DNA from: Halarcobacter sp.
GTDB lineage: Bacteria > Campylobacterota > Campylobacteria > Campylobacterales > Arcobacteraceae
NCBI GenBank assembly: GCA_048571215.1
Contig: CP182352.1
Span: 2,848,001 to 2,912,000, forward strand
Length of the DNA: 64,000 nucleotides
Direction: 5' to 3'
Of the stretch, positions 58,143 through 64,000 are shown piece after piece; positions within the stretch are counted from its first letter, which is position 1, and each line of letters starts with the position of its first letter. Made by a program: the position numbers and the translations under genes. Under the pieces are notes generated by a model. That model was not told the origin of the DNA and did no database searches. It saw only the letters and a program-made list of their open reading frames with translations.

Positions 58143-59669
58143 ATGGACCCAAAACATATAGATAAAATCGAATTAGTTTATTTAAAAAAAGAGGATCACA
58201 ATAGTATTTGTACTCTAATGGAAAATGAATACCGACATCTTGATGATTCATCTTGGAGTAAAGAGGAATATGAAGCTTTAATTGATAAATTCCCAAATGG
58301 ACAGGTTGCAATAAAAATTGATGGGGAGTTTGCTGGATTTGCACTATGCATTATAGTTGATTATACTAAATTTGATGATTCCCATACTTATAAACAAATA
58401 ACAGGAAATTATACTTTTGATACCCATGATGATAATGGAAATATGCTTTATGGAGTAGATGTTTTTATAAATAAAAAATTTCGAGGATTAAGACTTGGGC
58501 GAAGATTGTATGATTTTAGAAAAGAGCTTTGTGAAGAACTAAATCTAAAAGGGATAATTTTTGGTGGTAGAATACCAAATTATTCTAAATACGCAGATAA
58601 GATTACACCAAAAGAGTATATACAAAAAGTAAAAGAAAGAGAGATTTATGACCCTGTACTTAACTTTCAGCTATCAAATGACTTTTATGTAAAAAGGGTT
58701 ATAAAAGATTATCTTGAAGGTGATATTGATAGCAAAGAGTATGCTTGTTTGCTTTCTTGGAATAATATATACTATTCAAAACCAACTGTAAAACCTATGG
58801 CACAAAAAAAGGTTATTAGATTAGGACTTATTCAGTGGCAAATGAGACTTTATAAAAACTACGAAGAGGTTATAGAACAAGCTGAATATTTTATCGATGC
58901 AGTATCTGGATATAGAAGTGATTTTGCACTTTTCCCTGAATTTTTCAATGCCCCTTTGATGGCTGAATTCAATCACTTAAGTGAAGCAGATGCTATAAGG
59001 GAACTTGCTAAATATACCCAAAGATTTAAAGAAGATTTTTCAAGACTTGCAATTGCTTATAATATAAATATCATAACAGGAAGTATGCCAGAGCTTCATG
59101 ATGGCAATCTAAACAATGTAGGTTTTGTTTGTAAAAGGGATGGGGAGATTGAAAAATATGCCAAAATTCATGTTACTCCAGATGAACAAAAAGTTTGGGG
59201 GCTTAAGGGCTCAAATAAGATAAAAGCCTTTGATACAGATTGTGGAAAAATTGGTGTTTTGATTTGTTATGATAGTGAGTTTCCAGAACTTGGTAGATTA
59301 CTTGCAAAAGAAGGGGTGGATATACTTTTTGTACCATTTTTAACGGATACCCAAAATGGTTACTCAAGAGTTAAGATTTGTGCCCAAGCACGAGCTATAG
59401 AAAATGAGTGTTATGTTGCAATAGCAGGTTGCGTTGGGAACCTACCAAAAGTTGAAAATATGGATATCCAATATGCCCAATCAGCTGTATTTACCCCTTG
59501 TGATTTTGCTTTTCCAGCAAATGGTATAAAAGCAGAATCAACACCAAATACAGAGATGATACTAATAGCAGATGTTGATTTAGAGCTTTTAACGGAACTT
59601 CATAGTTTAGGGAGTGTAACCAACCTAAAAGATAGAAGAACAGATATTTATGATGTAATAAAAGTATAA
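58143..59669 (+). CDS. GNAT acetyltransferase / carbon-nitrogen hydrolase fusion
   Basis: FRGLRLGRRLY, GGRIPNY; nitrilase-fold E-K-C triad (FPEFF, KIH, ICYDSEF). Confidence 0.9.
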   Translation: MDPKHIDKIELVYLKKEDHNSICTLMENEYRHLDDSSWSKEEYEALIDKFPNGQVAIKIDGEFAGFALCIIVDYTKFDDSHTYKQITGNYTFDTHDDNGNMLYGVDVFINKKFRGLRLGRRLYDFRKELCEELNLKGIIFGGRIPNYSKYADKITPKEYIQKVKEREIYDPVLNFQLSNDFYVKRVIKDYLEGDIDSKEYACLLSWNNIYYSKPTVKPMAQKKVIRLGLIQWQMRLYKNYEEVIEQAEYFIDAVSGYRSDFALFPEFFNAPLMAEFNHLSEADAIRELAKYTQRFKEDFSRLAIAYNINIITGSMPELHDGNLNNVGFVCKRDGEIEKYAKIHVTPDEQKVWGLKGSNKIKAFDTDCGKIGVLICYDSEFPELGRLLAKEGVDILFVPFLTDTQNGYSRVKICAQARAIENECYVAIAGCVGNLPKVENMDIQYAQSAVFTPCDFAFPANGIKAESTPNTEMILIADVDLELLTELHSLGSVTNLKDRRTDIYDVIKV

Positions 59670-59689
59670 ATGTAAGGAGTTTTATTTTT

Positions 59690-60562
59690 ATGAAAGAGAT
59701 AGCAATCATAGGTGCAACAGCTTCTGGTAAAACAGGTTTATCAATAGATATTGCCCAAAAAACAAACTCTGTAATACTATCTTTGGATTCATTATCAGTT
59801 TATAAACAGATTGACATAGCCTCTGCAAAACCTACAAAAGAGGAAAGAGGTGATATCTTACATTTTGGCATAGATGAAGTTTTTCCAAATGAAAAGTTTG
59901 ATGTTATTCAGTTTATGGAACTTTATAAAAAGACAAAAAACTATGCTATACAAAACAATAAAAACCTCATAATTGTTGGGGGAACTGGTTTTTATCTTAA
60001 AGCACTTATTGAAGGTCTTTCAAAAGGTTTAAAAGAGGATATAAAGTTAGATATCCCCCTACAAGAAGCCTATGAACTTCTACTAAGTGTAGATAAATCC
60101 TATATGGAAAAAATCGCCTCAGCAGATAGATATAGAATAGAAAAAGCCTACTCAATCTACAAACAAACTCAAATGGCTCCTAGTAAATATTTTGAACTAA
60201 ACCCTAAAGAACCCCTTGCAAAAGATTTAAAAATCTTTGAGATAGTTTGGGATAGAGAGGAGTTAAGACAAAGAATAAACTTGCGAACAAAACAGATGAT
60301 AAAAGATGGTGTTATTGATGAAGTTATCTTTTTAGAACAAAAGTATAGAAGAGTACCAAATTGTATGAGTGCCATAGGTATTATTGAAACCTTAGCTTAT
60401 TTGGATGGAAAAATTAAAACAAAAGAGGAGTTAGAAGAGAAAATTGCCTTAAATACTGCAAAATTAGCAAAAAGACAAAACACTTTCAACAAGGGTCAAT
60501 TTAAAAACAAAACTTCTAATATTATAAAAAACTTAAATTCAGATATTCTTAAGTTTTTTTAG
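59690..60562 (+). CDS. miaA: tRNA dimethylallyltransferase
   Basis: [33 protein letters not shown]. Confidence 0.95.
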   Translation: MKEIAIIGATASGKTGLSIDIAQKTNSVILSLDSLSVYKQIDIASAKPTKEERGDILHFGIDEVFPNEKFDVIQFMELYKKTKNYAIQNNKNLIIVGGTGFYLKALIEGLSKGLKEDIKLDIPLQEAYELLLSVDKSYMEKIASADRYRIEKAYSIYKQTQMAPSKYFELNPKEPLAKDLKIFEIVWDREELRQRINLRTKQMIKDGVIDEVIFLEQKYRRVPNCMSAIGIIETLAYLDGKIKTKEELEEKIALNTAKLAKRQNTFNKGQFKNKTSNIIKNLNSDILKFF

Positions 60563-60654
60563 TTATAATCACGATTCATTTTTGCAAAGAGTTTAATAAA
60601 GGGCGGCAAAGATTCGACCTTTTGTTAGACATTAGTTATATTAAGGAAAATCAA

Positions 60655-60855
60655 GTGAAAAAAGATATTCACCCAGATTACAAAGTATGTACAGTTTCTT
60701 GTGCTTGCGGTAATACATTTGAAACAAAATCAAATGTGGAAACTTTAAGAATTGACATTTGTTCTGCTTGTCACCCGTTCTTTACAGGTGAGCAAAAAAT
60801 TGTTGATGCTGCAGGTAGAGTAGAGAAATTTAAAGCTAAATACGCTAAAAAATAA
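60655..60855 (+). CDS. rpmE: 50S ribosomal protein L31 (Zn-binding type)
   Basis: GTG 60655 after [31 protein letters not shown]. Confidence 0.96.
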   Translation: MKKDIHPDYKVCTVSCACGNTFETKSNVETLRIDICSACHPFFTGEQKIVDAAGRVEKFKAKYAKK

Positions 60856-60871
60856 TTTAGCTTTAAAATCA

Positions 60872-61687
60872 GTGCTTACGTTAGTTCCAACTCCAATAGG
60901 AAACTTAGAGGATATCTCTAAGCGTAGTATTACTGCCCTATTGGAAGCGGAACTAATTTTTTGTGAAGATACAAGAGTCACAAAAAAACTTCTTCAACTT
61001 CTAAGTTCAAGAGAGAATTTAGAGTTCAAATGTTCAAACTTCAAATCCTTACACTCACACAATGAAAATCAAGTTATAAACTCTCTTAGTATAGATGACT
61101 TTAATCAAAATATTGTATATGTTAGCGATGCAGGTATGCCTTGTGTATCTGATCCTGGTGCTAAACTTGTTCAATACTGCATAGAAAACTCTATAGAATA
61201 TGATGTTATTCCTGGTGCAAATGCTGTTTTAACTGCCTTTGCTATGAGTGGATTTGAAAATACAGAGTTTACATTTTTTGGATTTTTACCCCATAAAGGG
61301 AAAGAAAGACAAATTAAACTTACAAAAGTTATGGAAAGTGATATCTTGCCGATACTTTACGAATCACCCCATAGACTTATAAAAACCCTAGAAGAGATTA
61401 AAAACATAGATGAGAATAGAACTATTTTTTTAGTAAAAGAGCTTACAAAACTTCATCAAAAATACTACAAAGATAGTTCTATAAATATCTACAATCAACT
61501 AAAAGACACCTCAATCAAAGGGGAATGGGTTATATTAATAGAACCTACAAATTTTGCAGGGGAGAATCTAACTTTAAAAGATATAGAAGATTTAGATTTA
61601 GCTCCTAAAATAAAAGCAAAACTTATTGCAAAACTTACAGGTAAAAATACAAAAGAGATATATCAACAACTTTTAGAAAAAAACTAA
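60872..61687 (+). CDS. rsmI: 16S rRNA C1402 2'-O-methyltransferase
   Basis: TPIGNLEDIS, CEDTR, SDAGMP.VSDPG, YESPHR, ELTK. Confidence 0.95.
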   Translation: MLTLVPTPIGNLEDISKRSITALLEAELIFCEDTRVTKKLLQLLSSRENLEFKCSNFKSLHSHNENQVINSLSIDDFNQNIVYVSDAGMPCVSDPGAKLVQYCIENSIEYDVIPGANAVLTAFAMSGFENTEFTFFGFLPHKGKERQIKLTKVMESDILPILYESPHRLIKTLEEIKNIDENRTIFLVKELTKLHQKYYKDSSINIYNQLKDTSIKGEWVILIEPTNFAGENLTLKDIEDLDLAPKIKAKLIAKLTGKNTKEIYQQLLEKN

Positions 61688-61691
61688 TCTT

Positions 61692-63671
61692 CTAAAAGTT
61701 TTTTTCTAAAGTATCCAATTGCATTTGAATATTTTCAATTGCATTAATGCTATTTATCAGCTTATCAAAACTTACTCTTTTTTCTTTTATAAAATTATTA
61801 CTTTGTTTGGAACTTGAGCTGATTTTCTCAATTGAATCATTAATAGTAACCATATTTTCAGAAACCCCTTCTAGTTTGGAACTTGCTTGAGTAATTGAAG
61901 ATGAAACCTCGCTTATCCCTTTTATAGCTACTTCAACAGAGGCATTACTCTCTGAAAGACTTATTTGTGTTTTATTTGCAAGTTTTTTTACCTCATCGGC
62001 AACTACTTTAAATCCATTTCCATATTCCCCTGCCCTTGAAGCTTCTATTGCTGCATTTAGTGCTAAAAGATTTGTTTGAATTGCTATACCAGAGATAGAA
62101 GACATCACTTTTTTAATCTCTGATGCATTTTTTGTTAGTTTTTGCATATCTTCTACTAAATTACTATTTGATTCAACATTGTTCATTATTTCAGATGAAA
62201 AATTCTCAAATCTATTTGAGATATCTTCAATGATTTCATTACTCTCAATTGTATTTTCATATACAAAATTTAAAATATTTACCATATCTTGAATCAAAGG
62301 GAAAGTCTCTTTTAAATTTGCTAAAAGAGTTGTTCTAACCCTTGAAAGTAGTTGATATTGATGGATTTCTCTTTCTTTAAAATAAGTACAAAATGATGCA
62401 TATTTATCAACAAAACCATCCACATATTCATCATAAAATCCACTATTATCTTCTACTTTATAAAAAAACAAAGCAGTTAAAGTTTGATTTATATTTAATC
62501 CTAAAAGTTCTCCAAAAGTTGAGCATCCTGCAAGGGGAATATCATTAAAAGTTTTTAGTGCATTTAATCTATCTGTATTAAAAAGCCTTCTTAAGATACA
62601 GTCATTAAATATAGCACCAAGTGGTTTTTCCTTTTTTTGTGATATAAAACTTCTATAGTCCCTATCTGTTTGAGATAAAAACTCTTTGTTTTTGACCAAA
62701 TAAAGTATATCTCCAAAAGAGATATCACAGAAAAAAGAGATTTTTTTATTTTCGATATCTACATTGGAAACAGATCGTATATATAATTCATCACCCAACT
62801 TAACTGCAAAATTGTATTGGGTTAATACTTCTGGTAAATTTTTCAAAGTACAATTTAAATAGCTACATAGGGCATCTACAAAGTTTATTATCTTGTTATC
62901 TTTTGTACTTAAAACGCTACTTACACTTCTATCAAGCATATTTGATTGGGCAACTAAAAAAGATATATCAGTGAGATCACAACTTTGGGATTTAAATACA
63001 CCATATTTGATATTTTCTTTTAACTTAACAAGAACAACAACAGCCTTATGTCGTACAGGTTCTTTGTCATTAAAGATAAATGTATCTTTAAAATCAAGTT
63101 TACCACCTGCTGAACCACCTATCAAAAGACAAGGCAATTTAGCACTTTTATAAACAGCTTCAGTAAAAAAACTTTCGCTATTTGATAAGCCATCAATAAA
63201 GCTCAAAGCAAAAGTATGTTCATGGTTTATCTTAAAAGGGATATTTAACTTATCTATCTCTTGGGTTATTTTACTTATTCTTTCTTTATGTGAAATTGTT
63301 TGAGAAGTTATATTTTCACTAAATAAAGGAACAGTCAAAACCTCAACTTGTTCAATTATTTTATCACTAAAACTTTGTAATACTATATTATCCCAAGTGG
63401 TACTTGCATCATGATATAAAGCATCTCTTTTTTCATTTAGATTAAAAGTGCAAAGCTCCCCTGCTGTTGTTAACAAAACTAGTTTTGTATTATCTGACAA
63501 GAAAGATTTAATCTTTCTTGATATTTGATCAAAATCTAAATGGGGAGAAATAAACCCTAAAATCAACTTTGGTGAATCCTCTTCAAAAAACAAGCTTTCT
63601 ATAACAGTTTCATCCAAATTATTATAATTTGTATTTATTACTTTTATATAGTTACTATTGATATTTTCCAT
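61692..63671 (-). CDS. FIST-domain soluble methyl-accepting chemotaxis protein
   Basis: TTAGEL, IGGSAG, DCILRR, TFGE..NQTLT (FIST); [27 protein letters not shown] (MCP signal). Confidence 0.92.
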   Translation of the reverse strand: MENINSNYIKVINTNYNNLDETVIESLFFEEDSPKLILGFISPHLDFDQISRKIKSFLSDNTKLVLLTTAGELCTFNLNEKRDALYHDASTTWDNIVLQSFSDKIIEQVEVLTVPLFSENITSQTISHKERISKITQEIDKLNIPFKINHEHTFALSFIDGLSNSESFFTEAVYKSAKLPCLLIGGSAGGKLDFKDTFIFNDKEPVRHKAVVVLVKLKENIKYGVFKSQSCDLTDISFLVAQSNMLDRSVSSVLSTKDNKIINFVDALCSYLNCTLKNLPEVLTQYNFAVKLGDELYIRSVSNVDIENKKISFFCDISFGDILYLVKNKEFLSQTDRDYRSFISQKKEKPLGAIFNDCILRRLFNTDRLNALKTFNDIPLAGCSTFGELLGLNINQTLTALFFYKVEDNSGFYDEYVDGFVDKYASFCTYFKEREIHQYQLLSRVRTTLLANLKETFPLIQDMVNILNFVYENTIESNEIIEDISNRFENFSSEIMNNVESNSNLVEDMQKLTKNASEIKKVMSSISGIAIQTNLLALNAAIEASRAGEYGNGFKVVADEVKKLANKTQISLSESNASVEVAIKGISEVSSSITQASSKLEGVSENMVTINDSIEKISSSSKQSNNFIKEKRVSFDKLINSINAIENIQMQLDTLEKNF

Positions 63672-63787
63672 TCTATTCTCTCTTTTTTAATCTCGAAATA
63701 TTATATCTGATATATATAGCCCCAATAGAGCGATAAATTTATATTCATAAAAGAGATTTATCAACAAATTTTAGATAAAATCCATCC

Positions 63788-64000
63788 ATGATAATATATG
63801 GCAAACAAGTAGTACTTCATGTACTAGATAAACATCCCGATCTAATTGAAGAAGTTATGTTCTCAAAAGATATTGAACCTAAACTATTTAGAAGATTTAC
63901 TAGTTTAAATACAAAGATAATTAAACTTGATAATAAAAAAGCTCAAAGTCTTGCACATGGAGGGAACCATCAAGGTTTCTTTCTAAAACTTAAAGAGTTT
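63788..64000 (+). CDS. rlmB: 23S rRNA Gm2251 methyltransferase, 5' part (truncated by window end)
   Basis: Manual translation MIIYGKQVVLHVL...KKAQSLAHGGNHQGFFL; HQG motif of the RlmB N-terminal domain. Confidence 0.8.
   Translation, partial: MIIYGKQVVLHVLDKHPDLIEEVMFSKDIEPKLFRRFTSLNTKIIKLDNKKAQSLAHGGNHQGFFLKLKEF

Noticed and set aside
1..64000. CRISPR array, rRNA, intact IS or prophage structural genes
   Set aside because: No regularly spaced repeats, rRNA-like segments, transposase or phage structural ORFs seen

Overview
AT-rich bacterial chromosome segment. Gene content (mqnP, PorCDAB plus NifJ, tRNA-Arg(TCG), rpmE-rsmI-rlmB order) suggests Campylobacterota, probably Arcobacteraceae; this is inference. 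In order: a pst/pho phosphate locus with an EAL-CBS-GGDEF gene inside it; rplM-rpsI; an ABC peptide-binding protein and a HAD hydrolase; tandem single-chain and four-subunit pyruvate:ferredoxin oxidoreductases; a Cache histidine kinase; a ~17 kb glycogen/glycolysis cluster using three GH57 enzymes; a SiaABC-like signalling cluster whose outputs appear to be an HD-GYP protein and a histidine kinase; a LysR-linked LeuCD-like hydro-lyase plus haloacetate-dehalogenase-like operon; a ~5 kb island at tRNA-Arg; then housekeeping genes. The island has a decayed tyrosine integrase, a degenerate att repeat and four intact cargo genes: a wHTH/PD-(D/E)XK nuclease-like protein, a Hanks Ser/Thr kinase, a 400-aa unknown and a convergent PP2C phosphatase. 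It is the best candidate here for an undescribed phosphorylation-gated defence system. All calls come from motif reading by eye; no searches were run.
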